This document shows, one piece after another, positions 11,382 to 23,294 of a stretch of 64,000 nt of DNA. The notes below the pieces were generated by a model. That model was given only the letters and a program-made list of their open reading frames with translations, was not told where the DNA came from and searched no databases. The translations under genes were made by a program, and so were the position numbers. The stretch's first letter is position 1. Every line of letters begins with the position of its first letter. Location of the stretch: contig NC_086378.1 in NCBI RefSeq assembly GCF_036588685.1, forward strand, positions 69,998,001 through 70,062,000, in the 5' to 3' direction. The stretch is from Mytilus trossulus. Its lineage: Eukaryota.

Positions 11382-14300
11382 TGGTCCGGAAGAACACACG
11401 GCTGCAAATTGTTTTAAATGATAAAAATATATCTATATTTTAATTTCCGTCGGGTCGTAAAAAGTTTCTATGGTCACATTTTTATATTTTATCCCTTTAT
11501 TTGGGTACCCCTCAATTAACGGTTTTGGGTAGTTACCTTAAAATCCAAAAATATATTTTTTGGTTCAATTTCCCGCTATTTTCGTAAATATTGTCTATGC
11601 ACATATCATCAAGGATCATCGAAATGATGAAGACATAAACATAATACCATCTCCAAGTAAAACTTTCAAACTTTAAATTGGCTGTTTTTTTTAGATTGAA
11701 AATTAACGCTTTATCCTTTAAAACAAGAAAACATATGAATATAAAAACAGTATATGATATTTGAGAGGACAAAACATATTATTGCGATACTGCATGCAAA
11801 TTTTGTTGGACAAATTCCAAACTATTTTGTCAAAAACTCAAAAATAAAAACATCATTAGTACCTTTTTTTAGTATGGAAATTTCCTATCCGTCAATCAGC
11901 TCCACCATTTATTTTTTCCTTCACACTCAATTTGATAGTTTCGATGTGATTATGTAGATTTTGTAGGGAAAGTTAATTTATTTTTGAGTGATTTGAATAT
12001 GCATAAAAGTTCTTTCGTGCATTTTCTCTAAATAAGTTATTTTTGGGTAATAAAATTTTGACTTTTTATAAAAGTTCACCAAATCCTTCGGATAAGAGGT
12101 TTTTCCGGATAATGATATTATGTGAAAATACATTGCATGTCAATGCTTAACCTCAGAGCAATTAATATGCATGCAAGTGGTCGGGGGAAAGTACTATTGA
12201 AGTTTTGCAGAGATTTGGTGTGTGACAAGGTGATGCTAAAACCAACTTCTCTTGATATGTTGCTTTCCTTGGGCGAATCATCAGTGATGATATGAGACTT
12301 TCACCAGAAGACAAATTTGGTGCGTCTTTAAATTAGATTGATTGATTAATTGTTGGTTGCTCAACGTCCAGTGGCAAATAGGTCAAGCATGTGCAGGACG
12401 AGAAGAAGTTAACAATAAAAACAATAGGTACTAGGTTTTGTCATAATAGAGGCCATTCGGGATTATGGTCGGGAAAATTCAGACTGCCACTGGAAAAAGA
12501 TGGTATTTTGGATTGGGATAGAATTTTCCATTGCAACAGGCCACCTACGGACCCCTCAAAATGTTGTTGCAAGGGTTTTTAACGTGAAAAGAACGTGGCA
12601 CCCCCTTTACACAAGTCATCGGATTTAACGTCCTCATTCTGGTCGGACGTGACTGCGAACTTGATACATCCCGCACAGCCAAACGGACGCCCAACTTCGT
12701 TTTACTGCCGGTCGGGAGAAGACCAAGTGACCATTTTTCGTTTCCCCAGTCACCCTTTGAGAACTTTAAATTAGAAACAACAGACATGTATCCTAACAAC
12801 CTGACACTTTTATACGATCTCGCGCTCAGTTTCTTCTTTGTAGTTTGGATATGAAAACAGGGTTTTTGTGTAAAAGAAAAACCTTTAAAAAAAAGTACAC
12901 AAAACCGAGTCCTCTAAACGTGTTGACAGTCTTTTAAGTTGTACTTATTAATGTAAGTAATAAGACTTATTGAAGTTAACACCTGTGCAATTTAAAAGTA
13001 AAACAGTTACTGAAAAATAGAATTTGAACTTGCTGTCAGTTCATTATTAACGATTGTTAGTGATGTGATTTGTTCTTCCATAGGAAAAAACCTTTCTCAT
13101 GTAGCACACCCTCTACATATACCGATCACTTTTACCCAAGATTGTCTCTGATGCTTACCAAACTGCCTAACTTTAGAACTAACTAGATATTGTAACACCT
13201 TACAATTCAGACACAGTGGGGCCAAGGGATATGAAATATAGAGTTTAGTTCTGAACTCAATATAGATGCCTTATCTGCTGCAGGAAAATTGAAGTCTAAG
13301 TCTATGTTAAGACTTTCAGAATAACACCAAGGTGTGTCTGAAAATATCAAGAATACAATAAAAGAAGAACAATTACTTCACCCTGCCACTAGTGTTACTA
13401 TGAGCTATGTACTCGTTTTGGTATTTCTATGGGAATGATGCCCGCATAGCTTCTTAATAGATATAGGAAGATGTGGTATGAGTGCCAATGATACAACACA
13501 CCATCCAAGTCACAATTTATAAAAGTAAACCATTAAAGGTAACGACCCCGTCTTCAACACGGAGCCTAGGCTCAAAAGTTCATGTGTTAGTTAATTGATG
13601 AAAAATAACACAAAGGCGCTTCTGAACCGTATATTGTCCCTAAAGATGACAAAAAAAATCATAAATGTATGACTATTACAGAATCAATCGTTTCTGTAGC
13701 AACATTCGTCCCATTAAATTTGGGATTGGCAGTGCAGATATATCATGCATATGCTTATGGGAATAAGGGTCACGAACATTGATCGAAACTTTGAACTCAC
13801 ATTTCTTTTGTGTTTCCTATGCAAAGGTAAGACTACAACTAACGAGTTTGACCGAATATTGACGGTATTTACGCTCCAGATAGCATTTGTACTCAAAAAC
13901 TGTGTTTGCTTTAAACAAACTCTGTCCTGCGCCGAACATTTTCTTATAAAAAAGGGAAGTGTCTTGTAATGCTAATACGCGTACTGAATCCACACATGAT
14001 GACTAAGAGATTGATGCATGTCCCTATTTAATGAATACTTGAGTTATTGTGTGTCGCTTTTAAAAGTTATATAAGGATCATGACTGATTTTGAATTACAA
14101 CATTAGACAATTGGCATTGCAATGTACAATTTGTCATCCTTCCCTTAAAAAATGAATGAGTTAACTTCTTTACCAGGATTATCCCACTAAAAAAATTATG
14201 CATGCACCAAACTGACTTTGTTTTACACTCAATTTTTTTAAAACCTCGCATGCGCCTCGGGTGATTAAAGTATATTTTGTGTTATAACTGCTCTGTCCAG

Positions 14301-14860
14301 ACTTTGCAAAAACACAATATGTAAAAAAAACACAACCTTTAAGATGCAAAATTAAAAACACTGTTTCAGCGCTTGAATTTTGTTTTTTTCAAAGATAGAA
14401 AAAAATATTGAAATAATTTTATAAACTGGTGTTTTAAAGTTTAGAAAATAATTCTGTAATATACTATAGTGAAACACTATATACAATATGAAAGTTTATG
14501 TATGTGAAAAGGTCAAGGCCACTTCTTCTTTAGATATGTCTAAAAAGAAAAAAATCAGATGGTTCCAAATCAACGCCATTTTGTAATGGCAGCTCTTCAT
14601 ATAAGTAGACAAATTTGTCGTTTTAACATCGTTTATAGCATATGCTTATGATTGAATCGTTTTTGTAGCATTCTATTGAATAAATATCAGAATATTTCTC
14701 CTTTTTATCCTTGTGGTTGAAATATATTTTTAGGTCTCACCTTTGACCTCATTTTAACAAAATTGTGACCACTCTGGATTTTTACCACCCAACTTTTCTT
14801 ATTGTACACGTTTTCCTCTTTCCATCGATATATAATTAAGGTGTGTGTTCTTCCGGACCA
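11382..14860. mobile_element. 3.5-kb TTAA-specific DNA transposon derivative (Kolobok/piggyBac-type target), no intact transposase
   Basis: 18-bp TIR TGGTCCGGAAGAACACAC (11382-11399) / GTGTGTTCTTCCGGACCA (14843-14860); TTAA on both sides. Confidence 0.8.
12335..12760 (-). repeat. SINE/LINE-like 3' tail with (CAAT)n, nested in the TTAA element
   Basis: GATTGATTGATT..GGTTGCTCAACGTCCAGTGGCAAATA; a similar core occurs near 36285. Confidence 0.45.
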
Positions 14861-15548
14861 TTAAAGTTTTAAAAAATGAACTTTGGTTGCAGTACTATTG
14901 GTTTTGATGTTATATTTGTTATTCTCATCTATTTTGTATAATGCTACGCCCGTTTCTATGTGTGTTACATATTAATGATTTGTCGTTGTTCTCCTCTTAT
15001 ATTTAATACGTTTCCCTCAGTTTTAGTTTTTGATCCAGATTTTGTATTTTGTCCATCGATTTACCAGTTTTGAACAGCGTTATACTACTGTTGCCGTTAT
15101 TTCATACTTAATTAGAATGATGAATGAAAAGGTCAATATATAATCTTGTCTCTTTAGTGACAAAGAGTCAATAGGAATGTCACCGTGACGTCATAGCTTT
15201 CGGGAAACGTTTATGCTAGTGTGTGTCCAAAATTTAAATGAGCAGCAAGAGCTTTACATAAACGGATATTTTGAACACATTGTTTGGTTAAGCTGTTGGT
15301 CATGTCTAAATATTAAAATGACTGGATATCTTTTTATCTCTTTATTTTATGCGGTATTCTTTTGTTAATGCGTATTAAGCTACAACCAGTTAATTTTGAT
15401 TTTTAAATAGTGAAAAAGTGTTTTGACAAAAGCTATATGTGCTTTCAATGTAAGGAATAAAGCATGAATAAACCCATCATGAGTACCTGGAATGGAATTT
15501 TGTATTTGTGTCAGACTCCCGTTTCGTCAACAATATCACTGTGCTTAA

Positions 15549-15683
15549 ACGGCCGTGGGTAACTTAAGTTAAAATCCTATCAATATTTTCATAGACCATG
15601 AAAAACGTTGCAAAAAATAGATTTCGTATCAACTATCATCTCAACGAGTTTAGAGTCCGCCATCTTTAGTTACCCACGGCCGT
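15549..15683. mobile_element. 135-bp MITE inserted in a retrozyme remnant (~15476-15830)
   Basis: Perfect 16-bp TIR ACGGCCGTGGGTAACT / AGTTACCCACGGCCGT. Confidence 0.75.
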
Positions 15684-17646
15684 ATGTTTCCCCAAATACA
15701 GCGAGAGTAATATATTCTTCAGGTAGAAAACCTTAGTATTTCAAAATTTCAAAGTTTTTTTAACAAATAATAACCAAATCAAAGACAATCCATGTCAACC
15801 CAGAAGTGCGGACTACTGGGCTGGTGATAAAATTGCATTAAGAAAAGAACACAATAGAAGCAAGTTTAAGTTTGGATCTGATATACGTTCACTTATTCAA
15901 GAACGGCAAAAAAGAATATACAACTTAAAGTAAATATTGTAGCGGGCTGAGGGTTCCAACTTCCGGTGACAGACGACTTTCTTATAAGCGTTGTGTGTCT
16001 GATAATTTTATATACCTGAAAACAGGTCGTAGGTTGCGTATTCAGAGGATTGATATTTGTATTTGCTAGTGTAGCACCCTACGAATCTGTAATCAGTACC
16101 GAGTTTGAGTCTTGTATGACTTTTATATAATGATACTGAATAAAGTAAATGATTTAATAACGAAAATAATTATGGTTTATACAGGCTGACCAATATACAT
16201 ATATAAATAAGTATAGCAAATTTACAGTTCTAACATTGTTGGGTTGATGTTAAGACGAGTTGTATATACATAATGTACACAGCCATGTATCATCATCATT
16301 GCTGGTGATCCGATGGATAAATCTGTTGTAGAGTTGTCACTGACTCAGACGTACTCATAAATAAGTATACTTGTAGTATTAACAATTAAAACACTATTGG
16401 CTGCTTTCGTAATGTGTGGTGCACCTAAAACTGAAGTGAGAAAAGGGGGATTAATATATGGGTACTACTGGCAATCTTGGTAGTTAGCTCTGGTATCAAA
16501 ATATGGTAGACACAAGGGTATTAATAAAAATAGTACACAGTAATTCTAGCAATAAAATATTTCTCTGATATTATGATTGTTCGTATAATTACCGGTTTAT
16601 TATCTCTGTGAGTGTCAATCTACTTTATACCTTTGGCCTTCAACAAATGATAATAAATATTATCTTTTAATAGTAGAATTAATTTCAATAAAGCAACTTT
16701 ATATCAAATTTCGGATATCTATTTTCCCCAAAGGGATTGAACCTATTTTCATAGAAATGATAATTTAGCAGTGTCGGGACCGTGTCGTGTCGAGACACAG
16801 TTATGACAGTATATTATCTTTAATAAAAGCTAACTGTATTCTTTATGAGGATAAATTATTTGTTATAGATGAAATGAATCGAAATTACTTTCGACACTAA
16901 TGTTAATTGTACCCACCTTAACGACAATACGACAATATAATTGTGCAAATGGAGACTTTAAATATTTGGATATGGTGCTCAGAAAAGACAAGACTGAACC
17001 CGAGAGTTGCGAACTTCCGTATTTATAATGAGTACGACACGGTGCGACACAAAGTTCGTTAAAGACATAACGCCAATAGCATGGTAACGTCTGTGACGTC
17101 ATGCCACCTGTGCTATCCCAAGATGCAATACGATAACGTCAACAATAATGGCTGACGACAATTTAACAACACAGACCGATTCGTGCAACATTAATGCTGC
17201 ACAATACCTTTTAAATCCCTAAAAATATACGCTTAACACCCACGAAAAATGCAAACTAGTATCAAGTAAAGGTAAGAAGCACATTTCATAATAATTTAAT
17301 ACTTTTATAACTTTAATAACGTGAAAAAGATATTGTGGGTCCGATGCCATTTCACCGGTGATCACGTTCAGTATTTCTGTACTTGACAATGACAATATTT
17401 AATAAAAATATCCCTCATAAACTTGAATCTCCCCCGGGACAGGCCGCGGCCGTTACAGTTTTTAACTTAAACTCCATGTGCATATAACTGTAACTTTAAC
17501 ACAAAGAAAAGCGTATTTATTACTTTGGTATCAAATAAAAGCTTAAGGAATCAAGATAATTGTAGAACCCTTGTTGGAATTTCTCTTGAATAGTCACTTG
17601 TTTTATTTTTACTACAGAAGTTCCGGGAAATCAGTGTGCCCTTATA

Positions 17647-18174
17647 TCTATATCTATAATACTAAAATTACGAGGTCCAATTTGTCAGCCGTCATCACGT
17701 TAAAACGATGAATCAAAGAATTCAACTTTACATAAAGCTAATATAGTACAATGGTGTTGATTAAAAATTACACCACTCCAGGCCCCTTTGTTTTCCACGT
17801 AATTAATATTGCCAATAATTAAGAAGTTCCGGATCGAATCCGACACCGATACCAATAGTATATTCACCTGTTACCTATTACCTTATCTGTACGTTCCGCA
17901 TCTGACAGGCGCACCACCAAACGGTGTATTTAGAATTTTGCTGTATACTGTTGAGTAAAAGATACTCCATTCCAGGCCCTTTTGTTTTCCAAATTATTAA
18001 TATTACTAATAATTGATAGGTTCCAGGTCGACGGTTTCAAACTGAAAGATTTTAAAAGTAGAGAAAACTGTGCATCTTATAATCAAAGGACAATACCAAT
18101 ACTAAAATAAGCCATACGCATAGTTATATATTTCAATTCAGTCACGGACCCGCGATATCACGGGTGTGTTCTTG
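17647..18174 (+). mobile_element. Non-autonomous Helitron
   Basis: 5' TCTATATCTATAATACTAAAA; 3' hairpin ACCCGCGATATCACGGGT (18148-18165) followed by CTTG|T (CTRR-like end). Confidence 0.7.
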
Positions 18175-18687
18175 TTCAATTAAAATTTGACACCCCATAT
18201 CCGGATAAGGAATGATGTTGATATTTAATGGTTGTCGCTTTATTTGAACATAAAAAGCATAGCTGTTAATGCATGAATTGCTTGCAAAATCTAACATTCG
18301 CAGCTATGGAGAATATGAATTAGTTGTATAATCAGGGTTGATATTTTACCTCAAACTATTACTATGTTATATGTATTCATAAAATAGTTTATTTGGGTTC
18401 CTAACCTATTTAAACTAACAGTATTGTCAGTGAAATGAAACCGTGCTAGCGTGACTTGTATACTTTTTCTATACCAACACACAACGTAATTAAACTAAGA
18501 TGGTATTTTTTGGTTGAATAGAATTAACAATTTAATCAGGTTGTAAATATTCGTATTTATATTCATGCAGAAAAAATTGTCGTAAGATGAAGAGTCAAGT
18601 GGGAACTTTCATTTATTGAGTATAATTTACAATATAATCCTGTTGTTACTTTTTGTGTATAACTACCATATGTTTCGTAATGCAATA

Positions 18688-18696
18688 TATATAAAA
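18688..18696 (+). promoter_or_regulatory. TATA box of mfp-5
   Basis: TATATAAAA ending 37 bp upstream of the ATG at 18733. Confidence 0.6.
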
Positions 18697-18732
18697 GGAG
18701 GACTTTTCAGTTCAAGCCCCAGATCAGCCAAC

Positions 18733-18790
18733 ATGAAGCTTAGTTGTTTAGTATTGATGCTCTTTCTTGCAACCTTAGCAGTTTTATTCG
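18733..18790 (+). CDS. mfp-5: Mussel foot protein 5, exon 1 (signal peptide MKLSCLVLMLFLATLAVLF)
   Basis: Matches the mfp-5 signal MKLSCxVLxLFL; phase-1 donor GTAATA at 18791. Confidence 0.92.
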
Positions 18791-19185
18791 GTAATATTTT
18801 ACTTCAATAACTTAGTTTTATTATATGATATATAACGGGCATACATGAACTAAACTATCTTCGATGATAACCAATTTTGATTATTTATTCACCAACAGGA
18901 TTTTTTGTAACACAGAATATTATTGAATTTGTTTGTTCCTAAGAACATATTACAGGTTTTAAAGACAATTTGCAAATATTTCAGTGATATTTCGAAAATC
19001 CAGCGGAAAGAGACAGTTTCGACTTACCTTTTGAACAATACATAAGACCTGTTTGAAATTTTGTTACACAAATGTGTTGTTTTTAATCCATAAAATTGTG
19101 AATTTGAGGTTGTGCGATAAAAGAAACGCCAACAAATTAAAATCGATAACAGTCAGATCCATAATACGACATGACATTAGCCTTG

Positions 19186-19236
19186 ATGAAGCTAAGTTGT
19201 ATAGTCTTGGTACTTTTTCTTGCAACCTTACATTGA
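19186..19236 (+). pseudogene. Truncated duplicate of mfp-5 exon 1 (MKLSCIVLVLFLATLH*)
   Basis: ATGAAGCTAAGTTGTATAGTCTTGGTACTTTTTCTTGCAACCTTA aligns to 18733-18777, then hits a stop; no splice donor. Confidence 0.85.
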
Positions 19237-20952
19237 AGTTAATTAATATGTTATTATTATATATCATATCGGATATCTCATTCAGCAGGGCAAAACAGAG
19301 CAGATAGTTCTCGAACTAACTTTATTAAATACCAAATATTTCATTCAAAATAAAAGAAAGATGAGACGAAACACAAACAAATATGGATGCGGAATCACAA
19401 CAATCAAAACTGTTATGGTAATTTTTGATTTTGCGAGTCTCAACCTTAGATCTTGAACAGTACATAGTAACTAGCCAGAACCTTTTAATCTTGTTAATCA
19501 TGACAGTATTATCATGATAGCATGATTACCTCATCTGATTAAAATGTCCTGAATTGTGCCATTGGTTTGTCTACATTTGGATGTCACCATAGGGGACATA
19601 AACACATTTAAAGCAAACCAACTGTTAACCTAAACAGCTATATGGTTTCGCTTAAGTGTCGTGTATAGTTCCTTATACTAGGCTTAACGAATGTGATTTC
19701 AATTCATGTATAGTTCTACATACTTTGCTTTATATGCTACTAGTTTCAGATAATGTTTTTTCTTATATTCAAACAAAAGTTGTTTTTATTATTGGACATA
19801 TAGCAAAAACTCAAATAACCAGTACTGTAATGAGATTCATTATTTTTTCTACCTTAAAATTTGATGTTTAATTCTTATTTCTCAATATTACTATCCTTCA
19901 CATGAGAGGATCCCGGAATAACATGAAAAAAAGTACAATATAAATAGAAAAATTCCATCATTATAATTCTGGTACCTTTGATAACTGTATACACTTATAT
20001 CGAGAAATTTGTTTGACAAGTATAGTTGATTGATTACATGCAACATTCATCACTATTATGCTATTTTGAGGAGGTACATTCACCAAAGCTCCGTGCAAAT
20101 ATGAAGAGCAGTTGTAGGTTGGAGCAGTAATGAATATCAAAATTTTTTTTAAATATAGACCAGTTTTGACTATAAAGGAAACAAAATGAAAAAAATGATA
20201 ATGAAATAAAATCTCGGTAAATCAGCTAGCTCTTCGTATATAAACATATGTAGAGAAACATAAAAAAAAATTGAAGACAGTAATTTTATGCAATCATTTT
20301 TAATTGACGAAAAAGTATACCGAATGTATTTTGATTTAATAATATTAAATAAAATGAAATTAATGAATTCATATTGATCTTAAACATCAGTTTTAAGGGC
20401 CATTAACATTGCCGCTACTATTATGTAAAAGACATGATTTTCTAGGTGTTTTCAATCAACATAAAAAAGTAGAATTGGAATATTACAACGAAAATATAGG
20501 AATTTACAATTCGTTTGTACTGATGAATTAAATTTGATAAATAGTATGATCATGTTTTCTTTATAAACCTATTTAATACATATAAGACCTTTGGTTCACC
20601 CGTTTGAATGGTTTTCGCTAGTAAATTTTTGGACTCTTTATAGCTTGCTGTTCGGTGTGAGCCTAGGTTCCGTGTTGAAGGCCGTACCTTGCCCTATAAT
20701 GGTTTATTTTTATAAATTGTTACTTGGATGGAGAGTTGCCTCACTGGCACTCAACCACTACTTCCTATATCTATATACCGATTATTGACAATTTAAATTT
20801 GTTCAAGTAAAAGTATACAAGTCTTTTTATGAAGTAAGAAAATAATGATTACATTGTGAAGCCCGAAATTAAAATTTCTGCATGACTTTGTTGAAGAATT
20901 CCAAATTAAGCTCACATTTATCTATCTGTGAACTGTTTTATGTATTTTGTAG

Positions 20953-20975
20953 ATGTAGGCACATCGAGTTCTGAA
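20953..20975 (+). CDS. mfp-5: Mussel foot protein 5, 23-nt microexon 2 (D-V-G-T-S-S-S-E)
   Basis: tttgtAG|ATGTAGGCACATCGAGTTCTGAA|GTAAGT; corresponds to the DVGSSSSE region of mfp-5. Confidence 0.9.
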
Positions 20976-22443
20976 GTAAGTATACGTTTTGACAATAATA
21001 TAATGAATAATTCGTTCAGAAAAGATTGAACTCAGAAAAAACTATTGAAAAAATCTGCATTTTTTATTGTTTATATTTTAAACAAATCTGTAATGGGTTT
21101 GTATCTTTTAATTGCCATACAAGTGGGAGTATTAGATTTCTATAAAACCAGGTTGAATCCCCATTTTCTACATAAGAAAATTCCTGTACCAAATTATGAA
21201 TATATCAGTTGTCATCCATTCATATGATGTTTTTGAGCTTTTGATTTTGCAATTGGCTAAAGGACTTCCGGTTTGGATTTTTTTCTCGGAGTTTGGTATC
21301 TTTGTTATTTAACCTTATTCAGACATTGGATGTTATTCAGGATCTTTACATTGGAAACATACTCATTATTCCTGTCAGTTTGTATATCCCTCAGCCGAGA
21401 AAACAAGTCAAACAATATAATTAATTCAGAAGAAAATACCGTTTAAATAAAAACTTTTATTTAGGCTTAGCAGGTAGTCATAATCATATATATACATATG
21501 TCAAGAATATAAGACAAATGAAATACAAAGTGATCATAGATTATAACTGACAAATAAACTAAATTAAAGAACTACTAAGTAGTATCTTCATAAATTTAAA
21601 GAATGAAGCATAACAAATTAAAAATTCTATGAAATACAAATGAAATATAAATTTCATACCCGCCTCGTACAAACATATTCCACCTTAAGGGAATGGGAGG
21701 GAGGGTTTTGAAAAAAGAACAAACGACGAAACACAATGCTCTTTAACAAATTGGCTACGCTGATAGAAGTTTCAACGACAAACTAAGACATATTTAAACA
21801 TAAAAATTCTAAATTATTAAAATGTTGACTACCTGTTTTCTGGTGTTTCTGAAAAGTGAAATTCAAAAGTGAGTTCTACTTTTAAATTGAATTTTTTATC
21901 CAATATAAATTACTGTACTGCGTGACCAATAAAAAACGAGTATAATTTAATTTAGAAAGCAGAGCAACTAAACCTTGACCAGATATGTGCTCACTGTTAA
22001 ATGAAGTGAGACCAATTGTCCATTTACCAGTTCACTAAATTGTTTTTCTGATTCTTCATTAATTAATCATTTTTAATCAAAAATTTACAAATTAATTCAG
22101 AAGAAAATACCGTTTAAATAAAAACTTTTATTTAGGCTTAGCAGGTAGTCATAATCATATATATATACATATGTCAAGAATATAATACAAATGAAATACA
22201 AAGTGATCATAGATTATAACTGACAAATAAACTAAATTAAAGAACTACTAAGTAGTATCTTCATAAATTTAAAGAATGAAGCATAACAAATTAAAAATTC
22301 TATGAAATACAAATGAAATATAAATTTCATACCCGCCAAACCGAAGGTCCGCCAAAAAAACAACAAATCACAGAAACTGCAAATTGCAACTTTTATAATA
22401 ATTCTAAAATAATAAGAAAGTAAGTCTACACCATCTTCTATAA

Positions 22444-22514
22444 TCCAAGTCGAGGACTCGAACCTCGATCCCCCATCACAAGGACAGGTGTACTAACCAT
22501 TGTACTAACAAGGA
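22444..22514 (-). ncRNA. tRNA-like cloverleaf (tRNA-Asp-like scaffold, altered anticodon loop) inside the Ngaro element
   Basis: TCCTTGT TA GTAC AATGGTTA GTAC A CCTGT CCTTGTG ATGGG GGAT CGAGG TTCGAGT CCTCG ACTTGGA (71 nt). D, anticodon and T stems fully pair; acceptor 5/7; Pol III A and B boxes present. Confidence 0.75.
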
Positions 22515-22705
22515 TGCATGATAGAGTCAACAGTGTAAACCCTCTAGAATAATAGAAAAACAGGATCAAAAATCTACTCTCTCTCATGCGGAGATTAAGA
22601 GTAAACCTTCTCCTAAAATTAAGCTGCAATTTACCAATATAATTTGATTTTTAAATTCTTAATCAAGTTTCAAACACAAATAAAATTCATTCTACCTTAA
22701 AGGAT

Positions 22706-23233
22706 TTAAACATGTGCAAGAGTATTAGCTATAAAGCTAAAAACCTTATTAAGACCAGTGGTGGACAAATTCAATTTGTCAACTGTAAACAAAGTGTTAA
22801 TTGGCTTTCTCACTCTACTATAAAAAGTCTTCTCACATTGCATGTATTTGACATCAGTTAGAGAGGAAGCCAGCTGTTTTAGTACATTGTTAAAATTAAT
22901 GACGAACAATTCAGACTGATTAAAATCACATGGTCTGGGTAATACAGAAGATAAGATAATAACACAATCTGGATTACAAATTCTCAATTCATGTATAATA
23001 TCACGAATGTATTTTTCAAATAACTTAGCATCTATATTAAATACAACATTTGTACCAACATGTACAATTATATTATTAAAATGGTACCAAGTGAATACCC
23101 TGTTTTTTAATTTCCTTAAAAGCATTTCACAACTCAGACCCCCAAAGGCCTGAAGTTGCGTATTCCTCATCTCTGGAAGATACTTTAAAATTGAATCTGA
23201 TATAACTAAACTGGGTTTACCCCATGCCTTCAA
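22706..23233 (-). CDS. SGNH/GDSL-type hydrolase ORF of the Ngaro element
   Basis: Block I ISDSIL, block III VHVGTN, SSVLPR, block V DKLNL (expected DxxH). Confidence 0.8.
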   Translation of the reverse strand: MKAWGKPSLVISDSILKYLPEMRNTQLQAFGGLSCEMLLRKLKNRVFTWYHFNNIIVHVGTNVVFNIDAKLFEKYIRDIIHELRICNPDCVIILSSVLPRPCDFNQSELFVINFNNVLKQLASSLTDVKYMQCEKTFYSRVRKPINTLFTVDKLNLSTTGLNKVFSFIANTLAHV

Positions 23234-23294
23234 ACCTACAATATAATTTAAATTATTAACTAATAAAATTATAACACCAAATAAAAAACAAATA

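Noticed and set aside
16700-17640. GC-richer block with CGAC/GTCG motifs, possibly a transposon end or promoter
   Set aside because: No TIR pair, target duplication or coding signal identified.
22444-22514. Functional tRNA-Gln(TTG) gene
   Set aside because: Two U-U mismatches in the acceptor stem, no U33, pyrimidine at 37 and an Asp-like body; reported as tRNA-like only.
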